From Emiliania huxleyi CCMP1516 (taxonomy: Eukaryota): 64,000 nucleotides of DNA. Shown one piece after another: positions 35,386-46,558 of the stretch (position 1 is the first letter of the stretch; each line of letters starts with the position of its first letter). Both the position numbers and the translations under genes were made by a program. The stretch lies in the NCBI RefSeq assembly GCF_000372725.1, contig NW_005202428.1, forward strand, positions 2,655,791 to 2,719,790. The letters run 5' to 3'. Under the pieces are notes generated by a model, which worked only from the letters and a program-made list of their open reading frames with translations, had not been told where the DNA came from and searched no databases.

Positions 35386-35720
35386 ATCGTGAAAAAGAAG
35401 TAGAAAAAAAACCGTAAGCAACAATTCGAAATAACACACTCCATGCTTCGCAATGCCGCGAGGAGGGCGGAGTTACGCAGAGCGGCGAGAGAAGCAGCGA
35501 GAGCAAGGCAGACGGCAGCGGCGTCTCAGAACGAGGCCGAGGAGAGCGATGAGTCAGAGGATGAGGAACAGCAGGGGAGAGAACGAGGACGAGAGTGAGA
35601 AGAACGAGATTTGGCATGAAGGTCGCTGCGAGAATTGGTGAGAAACTGCGAAGAGAGATAGGAAGTGGTAGACGCCCGAGGGTGGGCGACGGCTAGCACC
35701 ACACTCCTCTCCTTAAAATC

Positions 35721-36614
35721 TGAGGGAGGGTGTAGAGGATGTAGAGTGTAGAGCGCTGTAGAGCTGTAGAGATGTAGAGCGCTCTGGAGCGCTGTAGAGC
35801 GCTGTAGAGCTGTAGAGCTCTACATCCGGCGCGGGACAGAGCGATGCAGATGTAGAGCGATGTAGAGCGCGATTTTGCTGTAGAGTTTGTTGTAGAGGCT
35901 CTACAGCAAAACCGCCGGGGAGGCAGTGACTCAAAGAGGTCGAGCCGCACTAATGGGGTGTCTCCGAGCTTACTGGAGCTCTGGTGGACGGCCCTGACTA
36001 TCTCTGACACACAGAGAGTCACTCTGACGGCACACAACACCCTATAACTGCGTCATGACCAGCCTGCCATGCGTCGCCGGTGCCACATTCGTCACAGTGC
36101 TTCTTTAGCAGGCGGTGGACTGTCGGCTGCGAAGCGGTCGCATTTGCGCGAGGCGAGGCGAGCATTCAGACGCGTTGCATGCGCCATGACTCGCGCCAGC
36201 GCGTGCGGGAGCTCCTGGCTGAGCGTTGAGTCCAGGCGAGTTGCGCTGGCCACGATCGCTACGCCGAGCCGAGCTGACGCGCCGAGGCGCCGGCCAGTCG
36301 CAGCCGTGAGGCATGCCACAGCAGCAGAGGCACCTCCCACCCATTGGGCGGGCAGACAGAAGGCCAGGGCAGCACTGGCAGGAAGTGCAACGCGCCTCAT
36401 GTCGGAGAGCGACCGTGCCTCTTTCGCCGCTTATGATGTAGAGTTTGTTGTAGAGATTTCACGCTGTAGAGGGCCTCTACATCGCTCTACATCTGCATCG
36501 CTCTGTCCCGCGGCGGATGTAGAGCTCTACAGCTCTACAGCGCTCCAGAGCGCTCTACAGCTCTACAGCTCTACAGCGCTCTACACTCTACATCCTCTAC
36601 ACCCTCCCTCACAG
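35721..36614. mobile_element. Foldback/MITE-like element with TGTAGAG-repeat TIRs (copy 2) and an 8-9 bp TSD
   Basis: CTTAAAATC at 35712-35720 and 36615-36623; an empty homologous site is present at ~1500-1520. Confidence 0.92.
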
Positions 36615-36844
36615 CTTAAAATCCCTGTGTGGTGGCGGCGAGCCGTCCTCCCATCCCTCCTTTGCGTTGTCTGTTTTCTTTCTTTCTTTCTTTTGCATTG
36701 CGCGGACTAACGTCCACTCATCCAGGAGGCGTCACCAGATCTTGGACACAGCACAGATGACGACTTAGTGTGGGGAGGGTCGGCGAGCACTCACTCACTA
36801 GGCGGCGCCGCAGGGCCGGGGCACTGGCCACGGCCTCGCCGACC

Positions 36845-37135
36845 ACTAGAAGGCGGCCCACCCACTACGCGCACTAAGTTAGTGCGCGGGGTGGCGGGAG
36901 GCACCCACTAGCCCGCTCGCCGGCGGCCCACTCACTACGCGCACTAACTTAGTGCGCGGGGGTGGCGGGAGGCACTCACCCACTAGCCCGCTCGCCGGCG
37001 GCCCACTCACTACGCGCACTAACTTAGTGCGCGGGGTGGCGGGAGGCACTCACCCAGACTAGCCCGCTCGCCGGCGGCCCACCACACCAGGGCACTATCT
37101 TAGTGCGCGGGGTGGCGGGAGGCACTCACCCACTG
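36845..37135. repeat. Tandem ~73 bp minisatellite (about 4 copies) with the internal palindrome GCGCACTAA-N-TTAGTGCGC
   Basis: Directly visible. Further palindrome variants at ~37397 and ~37514. Confidence 0.85.
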
Positions 37136-37801
37136 TCCGGACACAGCGAATCGATTTCACGTTTGCGAGCGAGTGTGAAGTGATTGAGGACGGATGCTCC
37201 CACCGAGTTCCTACACTCTGACACTCACTTGCAAGCGTCGGCTCCCATGAGCGGGCCTGGGACAGTGACAGCGGTACTGTGTGAGAGAGATTATTTGGGT
37301 CAACCTGTAACTACGTCTACGAGCGCGTCGGGCTGGCGATGGAGAAGTGAGCCTGTGCATGTCTCTACTCTTTCGCCGGCCGGAGGCACTCACTTCCGCG
37401 CACTAAGTTTTAGTGCGCGTAGTAGCCGATCTCGCCTCCGTCCGCCGGCGAAGGGCACTACGAGCGGCCCGCCGGACCACTCCCCTCGCGGCCGGCCGGA
37501 GGCACTCACTTCCGCGCACTAAGTTAGTGTGCGTATGTCCCGGCCTCCGACCACGACTCCCGGGAGCACTTGACCCGCCTCGGCGCACCACTAGCCCTCT
37601 TCCAGCTCACAGACTAACTTGCGTCGACTTAGTTCCCCGCAGGGCCCGGGACCACTCACTCACTACATCATCGGTGCTCTTCACAGCCTTGTTATTGAGA
37701 AGAAAATACCTCCTATGGCGCTGTGCGCTGGCCTTCACACGAGTTAGTGACTCATCCGAGGTTGCCCTGTAGCCAGCGACGGCTTACGTCGCCCACCCAC
37801 T

Positions 37802-38699
37802 ATGCTCTCCACCCTGATCCGCGGCTTCGCCGGGGCAACGGACGGGCGCTTCTACAGGGTATCGCCATCCTTTGTCGACTCCGCCCTCCCGCCTGGCGCC
37901 TCTGTCATACCGCGGCCGACGTTTGCGGCTTGGCTCCGCGCTGGGCCGCTCGTCCTCATCAACACGCCCAACACGATCTGGGCGCTCATCGCGGTCTGCA
38001 TGTTTGAGTGCGTGCCCTACGACCTGTCTCGCACCGGGCCGGCCGCGTCGGCGCCTCTGAGCGCCGCTTTCTTCGCCGCGCGCCTCCCGCTGTGGCTGGG
38101 CGTGTGGCTAGGTTACACGCTCTGGTGGCACGCGACGCTGCACTGGTTTGGCTTCGCCGAGCGGCCCTTTGTCGCGGCGCGCGAGTACCGTCCGGGCAGG
38201 GTTGCGCACAACCTCGTCTGGTCGGTCTCTGGCGTCGTCATCTGGACGGGCTTTGAGAATGTCTTTGCCTACCTCTGGGCGACGGGGAGGCTGGCGTACG
38301 TGGACGAGACCGCCTGGTCGTCGCGGCGCGGCGCGCTGCACTTTTGCGCCGCGCTCCTCCTCGTCCCCCTCTGGCGGGACGTGCACTTCTTCTTTGCGCA
38401 CCGGATGCTGCACTTCAACGCCCTGTACGCGCAGGTGCGATAGCCTGCACCGCCGCAGCTTGTCTTCACTCTGCGCCTACCCCTCACTGTCTCTTCACCT
38501 CGTCAGGTGCACAGCCTGCACCACCGCAACACGGACGTGGAGCCCTTCTCCGGCCTGTGCATGCACCCGGCAGCAGAAAGAAAGAGATGCCGAGTTGGGA
38601 CCCGACTAGCACTTCGGGAAAGACGCGTGCTGGTGGCATTTGTGTTCACGCGATGCTCTGAACACAACTCCTTTATTATTATTATTATTATTATTATTA

Positions 38700-38731
<32 letters not shown>

Positions 38732-39846
38732 GTTCGCACCGCACAGGTGGAGCACCTCTACTACTTTGCGTGCGCCCTCCCCTCCCTCCTCCTCCTCACT
38801 ACCCCGTTCGCGCTGCTCTGGAACGGCGTGCGCCTAGCGCAGCCTCGCGCCTGGTAGCAGCGCCAGCAGAGCTCGGTAGCAGCGGTGCGCCACCGGGTAC
38901 GGCATCGGCGCCAGTAGCCTCACTCTAGTAGTAGGAGGCAACCTCACAGCAGCCTCACTCCGGCCCCTAGCCCCTGCCCCGACCCGTAGGGGTGCACCTC
39001 CTGCTCTCGCCGGGCGCGTCCCACTCCGGCTTCGAGGACCACTGGCAGGCAGACGCGTACCACTACTTCCACCACCGCTACGTCTCCTGCAACTACGCCG
39101 GCACCGACGCCGGCCTCGAGGACCCGCGAGGAGGGGCGACCACCTTCTCGGAACCTTCTCGGAACCTTCCTGTAGGCACCAACGCCGGCCTCGAAGAGCG
39201 GTGCCGGCCCGGCATGCGGCGCGATCTCGCCGCCGAGGCGTCGAGTGCCGGCCGCCCGTAGGCTTCCTCGACGTCTGGTTCGGCTCTTTCGTGGACACGC
39301 TCAAGCCGACGGACCAAAAGGGCTGCAAGCCGCGGCCAGACGCGAAGGCGACGCGCGCACGCACACGCGCGGGGCCGCCGCCCGCCGCGTACCGCGAGAC
39401 CCGCAGTCCGATGCGGATGCGGCTTGGCTCAGCACGCGGGGGCGGGGGGGGAAGGGGCAGCCGGTGCCTTCGACCGGTGCGCGCGGGAGACCCGCACCTC
39501 CCCTCCGCCTCAGGCGACGCTGACTCGCCCTCCCAGCCTCGAGTTCGCGGCGTACCTCGCGCTGAGCGCCGGGTGCGTGCTGGCGTGGGCGGTGGCGGCG
39601 AGCGACGTCGCAGCGGGCGCGCACGCTGCCGCGCCGCGACTCGCAGCGCATTTGGCCGTCCTCGCGGGCTTCGGCCCCGTCGCCGCAGCCAGCGCCGTGA
39701 CCGGCATCACGCGCTCGGGCGGAGGGGCGCCGAGGGGCGGGCCGCTCAAGACAGGGCTGCTGCTGGCTTGCGGCACGCTCTTTTGCAGCGTGCCGGTGAG
39801 CTGGGCGTGCTACCTCGCGCTGCAGCCGCCCGGTGAGGATGTGTGA
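37802..39846 (+). CDS. Sterol desaturase / fatty acid hydroxylase superfamily membrane protein, multi-exon
   Basis: His boxes DVHFFFAHRMLH, VHSLHHRNTDVEPFSGLCMHP-VEHL, SHSG and HYFHHRYVSCNY; LDVWFGSF. Confidence 0.85.
38673..38732. repeat. Intronic (ATT)n microsatellite
   Basis: Directly visible. Confidence 0.95.
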
Positions 39847-41155
39847 AACAACTGTTCAGTTTACAAAGGCAAAAACGCCAGCCTACGCCCAGGCGCCCAC
39901 CTCACACTCAGCACTCACACTGACACTTCTTTCTCCCCTATGGCTAGTGCCATTTCACTGTGGCACAGCTCGCGTTACAAAACCTTGATTTTGACCATGC
40001 GCGAAAAAGGTACATTTAGCGGGGTCGCAGCTGCCTCTGCGCGTCCATTGGATGTACCTTTGTCGCGCGCCGGAGACGACTCGACGCCGCTGAGATCGGA
40101 GATCAAGCTCTGACAGGTCGCACGTCGCTCCTTTGACGCCGACGTGATTTACCCGTGCAGATCACATCAGGACACGGTCTCGACGCGCTCAGTACGACGC
40201 CTGCGACCCGTCTCGGGTCAGGTGGCACGACGCTCATCGCGCCCGCCAGCGCTGCCGTGCAGGCTGCCACGTCGAGGTCGAGCACGCTTCTATACGCTCG
40301 CCGAGCCTTCCTTTCCATCCCATTAGGCAGCCTGGGAACGGTGGCGATCAGAGGCAAAGCCTACGAGGGGTGGTGGAACCACATGTCACGGCTACTGCCG
40401 GCTCGACCCCACGATAGCCTCCGAAGGCTGACTTTGAGGCACCATCATCGGACGATGTCGACGAGTTGGGTCGCTCTCGCGGTAGCCAGATGACCTCTCA
40501 TACTAGGATCATCGGCCATGGCCGCAGGGAGCGCGGGGGAGGGCGCTGGATGCAACACGGAGCTCCGTTGGAGACGTTTTCAAGATTAGCGTGTCAGAGT
40601 GAAATGCCAAATGGCACTAGCCTATATTTTCCCCGCGACCTTAGGTTGAGAGCGCACCCGCCACACCCGGCCGCGCGCACGTGTCTCCCACACGTCGCCC
40701 ACTGAGAGCAAGTCTGAGAGCACTTCGGATTGTGCGATTGTGCCTCCCAGCGAGCCCCTTCGCCCTGCCCCTGGATGTGGATCTCCCTCGACTAAATAAA
40801 TAAATAAAAACGGACACCTCTCTACTGTGAGATGGGTAAAAAGGAACAGGTCCCCGCCCTGTTCCTTTTTACCCATCGTCCATCGACTGGTTACGCTGGT
40901 CTAGATTTTTTTTGGGGGCGCTCCACTTTTAGTGCCCACGCAGGAGAGGTCCTCTGTGTGGCTGTGTGGGCACTTATAAGTGGAGAGAGAAACGCCAATA
41001 TCGAGATCTAGTAAGTTCAACCGCGCTGCCTCAAAGTGCGCGACAACACTCTGAGCACTGAGAGGCAAAGTCAAGTGAGAGGAGTCTCGGCCGTTTTCCC
41101 GACAACATCGCCCGGCAGCGCCCCTCGCGCTGGCCCAAACGCCGCCGTCGCCGCA

Positions 41156-42555
41156 TCAGCCTCGATCGTCCGCCGCCGCCCTCTTCGCCGCCGCGTCGCC
41201 TTGCGATCGGCGTCCACCGCGCCCTCCCCGCCCGACCGCGCCGCGGCGCGCGCCTCCCGCAGCTGCTGCGCCTACGGCGCGTGTGCGGGACGTGACGAGG
41301 ACGTGTCCTCCGGTCGCGCCTCGCCGGAGCCGCGCACGCCGGCGTGAGGCAAGCGCGCGCGCCGGCGTCCGGAAAGACAAAGAAGCCGAGCGAGAGAGGA
41401 GGCAGCTCGACGGTGCTGCCGCTCGACCGCCTATGGCAAGGAGCCACGCCTCACGGCAAAGCGCGTCACGCTCGCGCCTCGAGCCCGCCCCCGCGCGCCT
41501 CGGCGGCAGCGGCGGCAGCGTGCCGTCGGCCGCCGCGCGCAGCTCGACCCCGTTGAGAGCGACGCGCGGCGCGCGCAGGCCGGCGCGCGTCGGCGTGAGG
41601 AGGAAGTCGAGCCGGGGCGGCGGCGCGTCGGTCCGCGCGAGGCCGGCGAGGCCGACCCCGTGCGTGATGGACGGGGCCAGGTTCAGCAGCAGCACAGCCA
41701 CCCCGCCCCACGCGTTGAGCGTCGGCGAGTCGTCTCCGCTCGCCGCATGCGCCGCATGGCCCGGGCTCGAGCGGGCGCAATGCGCGTAGGCGCGCAGCAG
41801 CGGCGCGGTGATTCCCGCGCGGTGATTCCCACCCGACTCCTCCTCCTCCGCGCCGTCCGGCTCGGCGGAGGAGATGTTGAGCAGCGGCGCGGCGGCGAGC
41901 CCGCTGGCGGCGCGCAGCACCCGCTTGAGCTTGACGACGCGGAGGGACTTCGGAGACATGAGCCGCCGCCAGAGCAGCAGCGAGTAAAAGTCGGGCGCCG
42001 GCTGCCGCCGCCGCAGGTCGAGCAGCGCGTAGTGGCCGCCTAGGATCGCCTGCCGGCAGCCGAAGGCGTGCCCGTGCCTCGCCAGCGCGCCGAGCAAGTC
42101 GTTGAACCAAAAGGAGGAGACGAAACCGTCCGTGACACCGCGCTGGCCAGAGTTGTACGCGCCTCCGCTCTCCGAGACGGCGGGGGCGACGAGGCCGGAG
42201 GAGGAGGCGTTAATCACCCTCGCCGCCGCCTGCAGGAGGGTTCCGAGAAGGCTCCGAGAAGGCTAGCGCAGGAGGGCGCCCGTCGCCCTGGCCGCCGCCT
42301 TGAGCTTCTCGGCCGCCGAGTCTCTCCGCTATCTCGGCTATACCTCGGCTATATCTCTGCCTTGAGCTTCCCGACCGCCGAGTCGAGCTTCTTCGGGTCG
42401 AGCGAGCGAGCCACCTGCCGCGGCGGCGCGGGGCGGTGAGCAGTCGCGGCTCGCGCCTCCCGCTCTCCGCCGAGGCGAGGCTGCCATCTGCCGCCCGTCC
42501 CCCGCGCCGAGAGGGTAGATGTGGTGGCTGAGGATGTCGAGCGGCAGCCGCCCGC

Positions 42556-42595
<40 letters not shown>

Positions 42596-43700
42596 TTCCT
42601 TGCTGGCGGCCCGAAGCTGGCTCAGGAAGAGCTTGGCCCACTCGGCGTCGAAGGCGGTGTCGGGCGCTAGCAGCAGAGGCGGCTTCGTCGGCCAGAGGGC
42701 GTCCACCTCCCGCCTCAGCGAGAGCAGGTCGCGAGCGTACTCGGCTGCGGACAGGTGCGCCTCGATGCCGGCGTCGCCGGCGAGCTCGTTGCCTAAAACG
42801 GAAAAGCGAGCTGCTGGGCGGCGCGGCGGCGCGGCGTGCGCCATCGAGCGGTGGCGGCGTGAGGGGCGAGAGGCCCGCCCAACGCGAGGCCGGCGGCCAA
42901 TCTCGGCTCATCTCGGGAGATCTCGGCTATGTCTCGCCCAGCGCGAGGCCGGAGGGACGCTTGCCGGCGGCGGCGGTGGCGCGCAGCAGTGCGAGCAGGT
43001 TCGAGCTGTCCCACGCGCCGGAGTAGGAGGAGCAGCAGGGCGGGCGCGCGTCCTTCTTGAGGAGCCGGCAGGGCGTGTCCACCTGCACGGCGGGCCAGGC
43101 AGAGGCTCATGGAAGGCGACGGCTCGCGCGTGAGCAGACTGCGGGTAGAGCTGCCGGCTGGCACTCGTCGCGAGTGCGGCCGCGCAGAGCGTTGACGGAG
43201 AAGAGCACGCCGCAGCCGAGCCGCTCGCAGAACGAGAGGACCTCCAGCCAGCGGCTCAGCCGCAGGCACCCTCCGGTGAAGCCGATCCGGCGGGTCACGT
43301 CCACGGCAAACGGGGGGCAGCCGTCCTCCCGCGAGAGAGCAAAGGAGACCTGGTCGGCGAGCGAGCCGCCGACGCGGAGGTGGAGCGGCGCCAGCGCAGC
43401 GATCGCCGAGCCGAGCAGCGGGTCCGAGAGGTCGGCGGTGAGGAGCGACGAGTTTGTCCACGGGCACGAGCCGTAGTCGCACTTCTCCGCCGGCCACCAG
43501 TCGAGAGAGACGCAGGTGGAGGTGTCTCTCGTGCGCGACACGGCTTCGCTCTGCACCAGCCGGAGCCGCACGGGCAGGCGCGACGGCGGCGGGATGCGCG
43601 ACGGCGGCCGCTTCGCCTCGGCCCCGCCACCGCTAGCGGAGCCACCCAGCCCCGCGATGTGGGCGAGGAGGAGTTGGAACGCGAGCGTCGCGCAGCCCAT
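41156..43700 (-). CDS. Heparanase-like glycoside hydrolase family 79, multi-exon
   Basis: LDWWPAEKCDYGSCPW, LHLRVGGSLADQV, FTGGCL, FSVNALRGR, LGNEL (acid/base), SHHIY, VSESGGAYNSG (nucleophile), FWFNDLLG, CRQAILGGHYALL, PDFYSLLLWRRLM and LRAYAHC. Confidence 0.92.
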
Positions 43701-44612
43701 TGCGGCGAGGCAGGAGTAGGAGTAGGGGCGCGCGCGCGGCGCCCCTCTCTCCGTCTCTGTCGGTTGCGTTCGGGGAGGGATGTTAACGGTTGATTGAAGC
43801 TGGGCGAAGGCAGCCTTCAGCCCGTTTGCGGCGTCGCTCGCGCCTCTCTCGAGGTTCCGAGGTTTCCGTCCACCCCAGATGCTAAATCTGTATTTTGTGT
43901 ATTTGGACTCGACTCCCGTCACGCCCACTAGCTCACGCCATCAGCCGCAGGATGGCCCCTCGCGGCCGCGAGAAAGACGCCGTCGCGCCGCTGGTAGGTG
44001 GCGAACTCGCGCTTCGCCTGCGAGATGCGTGCCACGACCTCGGGGCTGCTCACGGAGAGCTCCTTCCATGCGCGCTCCGGGTTGGCCGACGCCACGATGA
44101 CGTCAGCGCGCTCCATAAACAAATAGAGCAGTGATCTCCAGGAGAGATGGGCGACGCACGAACACAGCGAGGCACAGTGGGCACGTACGTCCGACGGCGA
44201 CGCCGCGCACCGATGTTTTCTTTTTTCGACCCGCCGCTGCCGAGGCTGGATGTGTATTTGTGCGTCTCTGATGCCATCTCCTTGCGTATTCGCATGTCCT
44301 AGGAGCCGGAACCCAGCTCCCAGGTGGGGACCTTCCTCCTCCCATCCCTCGTTTGGAGCACTCGTTTGGCTTATTTTATTTCTTTCTTTCTTAACAAGGT
44401 CTGAGAGAGAGAGATTTTTAGCAAGGTCTGTGAACAGAGTTGCCGTCGCAACTCGAGGTGGGAGAGTTCACGCGGATTAGGCTGGGGACTGAGCTGGGGA
44501 GACAGAGGCGTTTTGATGCGAGTGGATGCAAAAGAACGCCATCGCCATCCCAATCGCGAGTCGGACTGGACACCAATCAACGGCAACGCGGTATGTGGGC
44601 GGCCTAGACCTA

Positions 44613-44903
44613 GCCAGATAGGGGGTCTGTTCCCACTGAGTCGCGCCAAAACGCCCTACCTACCTACTTAATGCGGGCGCCAACCGCCAGGCTCCGTGCC
44701 CCACCTACCTACCTATTGCGGGGCCGCGCAGCGAAGCGAAAAAATACCCGTTGAGCCAAGAGCCCTTCTGTGAATAGGCGGCGCCGCACCCGTTTCGGCT
44801 GGCGTCCCAGCCGCAGGCGACACGTCTGGCATGGCCCCGTTCGCGGCTAAACGCGCCGTCTCCCGCGCGAGCGAAGCGGTTTTTTTACCCCCCCCCCCCC
44901 CCC
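44613..44903 (+). mobile_element. Partial copy (left half) of the MITE at 57591-57998
   Basis: TA|GCCAGATAGGGGGTCTGTT...CCTACCTACC...GCGAAGCGGTTTTTTACCCCC is collinear with 57591-57870. Confidence 0.8.
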
Positions 44904-44997
44904 CTCCTTATTTCCATATTATTGCCTGTCCTTTTATTTCTTTCACTCTCTTTCTTTCTCTATACTTATATTCCTTTTATCCCTTTTTAGTTTTTCC

Positions 44998-45097
44998 NNN
45001 NNNNNNNNNNNNNNNNNNNNNNNNNNNNNNNNNNNNNNNNNNNNNNNNNNNNNNNNNNNNNNNNNNNNNNNNNNNNNNNNNNNNNNNNNNNNNNNNN
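44998..45097. other. Assembly gap (100 N)
   Basis: Run of N. Confidence 1.
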
Positions 45098-45399
45098 CCT
45101 GCACGAGCAGGATCTTGGAACACTGACCTTGTTGCGTTGACGGCGGGGGCCCCTTTTCTGTTGCGTTGAGAGAGAGATTTTTAGAAGCCAACAAGAAATG
45201 TGTCACACAGAGTGATTTGCGCTCGGCAGCTTGTCGACTACCAGCCGGAGCCGGAGTCGGAACCGTATCTCTTTCTTGCGTTGACGCGCCAGCTTCCTTT
45301 TCTTTCCAAATTGTGGTGCTAGTTCGTGCCAGTCTGCTGTGAGAGGGGCTTGTATTCGTAGAATTCTTTCCAAACAGAAAATAACGACAACGCAGCGCC

Positions 45400-45948
45400 A
45401 TGCTCGGTGCTCTCGGCGTCGATCGCCGCCCGGCGACTATCTCCACCATCTCCGTGCCGGGCATGATGTGCGGCGGCTGCGCTTCGGCCGTCACCTCTGC
45501 CCTCTCGCTCCCTGGCGTGGTCGATTGCAGCGTCGACCTCGCCGCAAAGCGGGTGTTCGTAATGGCGCACGCAGACGGCCCAGCCTCCGAGGAGCTGATC
45601 ACCGCCCTGGAGGCGAGCGGAAAGGAGGCGACGCTCATCTCGCGCACAGAGATCTCGCCGCTGCGCGTGTGGGCCGGCCAGCACTGGCACCTCCTCGTTG
45701 TGGCGACTGCGCTCGTGCCGCCGTCTCTCGCCCTCATGCTGCGCGGCGGCGGTGGTGGCGCCGCCAGCGGAACAGGCGGCGACGCGGCAGGCGGCTCGCT
45801 GCGTGCCTCGCTCATCGACTGCACCAACAACCTCGTCGCTTCTCGCGCCGCACCGCTCGCGCAGAGGCTGCTGGATCTGTTTCGCAAGGTCTCGGTGCCA
45901 CTCATGCGCCAGCTGCCCGTCGCCTCGTCCACCTCTCAAAGCCAATAG
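45400..45948 (+). CDS. Heavy-metal-associated (HMA) domain protein with a following hydrophobic segment
   Basis: ISVPGMMCGGCASAVTSAL..PGV..CSVDLAAKRVFV...LITALEASGKEA. Confidence 0.8.
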   Translation: MLGALGVDRRPATISTISVPGMMCGGCASAVTSALSLPGVVDCSVDLAAKRVFVMAHADGPASEELITALEASGKEATLISRTEISPLRVWAGQHWHLLVVATALVPPSLALMLRGGGGGAASGTGGDAAGGSLRASLIDCTNNLVASRAAPLAQRLLDLFRKVSVPLMRQLPVASSTSQSQ

Positions 45949-46558
45949 CACACTCACTGGGAATCGGAGGGGACGGCGGGCCGCCAGGGGCAGTCCATTG
46001 ACGGCTGTGGGAGCGCTCTCCAGACTCCACGCCAGTTCCGTACCGGCTCCACAGCGGTGCGCCTGAGGACGATATGATCAGAATTATTTTCTCCTCTCGG
46101 CGCGCCGACAGGAGCTTTAAGGTTGCTCCCGGCCCAGTGGGGATTTCGGCCTACTCAGTGATCGTCTAAGGGGCCCTAAATGGCCTGCAATGCCATATCT
46201 TTTGTGCCTAGGTCGTGTAGAGCACCGCCTTAAAAAAGTACTATGTCTTGGAGTGAAAAGTTTTTCGAGGAGGTGGGGGTCCGTGGTGAGCCGATTCCCA
46301 GATTCTCCAGATTCCCCCTCGAAAACCGCCCCTTTTAATTCACTGCGGCCGCGTGCTTGCTCGGATTACTTTTCACTCGAAGACATAGTAGTTTTTTGGC
46401 GTTCCGGTGCCTACACAAAAAATATCCGAGATCATATGGAGCTGTGACCACAGGGTTTGCGGCGATCACTGTCCTACCAGCGGGCACAGTGGGCCGCGGA
46501 CACCCGTGAATGACCTTAAGTGTAAGGAGTCGGTAGAGATATCGTGTATATGAACGAC

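Noticed and set aside
36845..37135. CRISPR-like array of palindromic repeats
   Set aside because: The sequence between palindromes is itself repeated (no unique spacers), no cas genes are present, and the context is eukaryotic.
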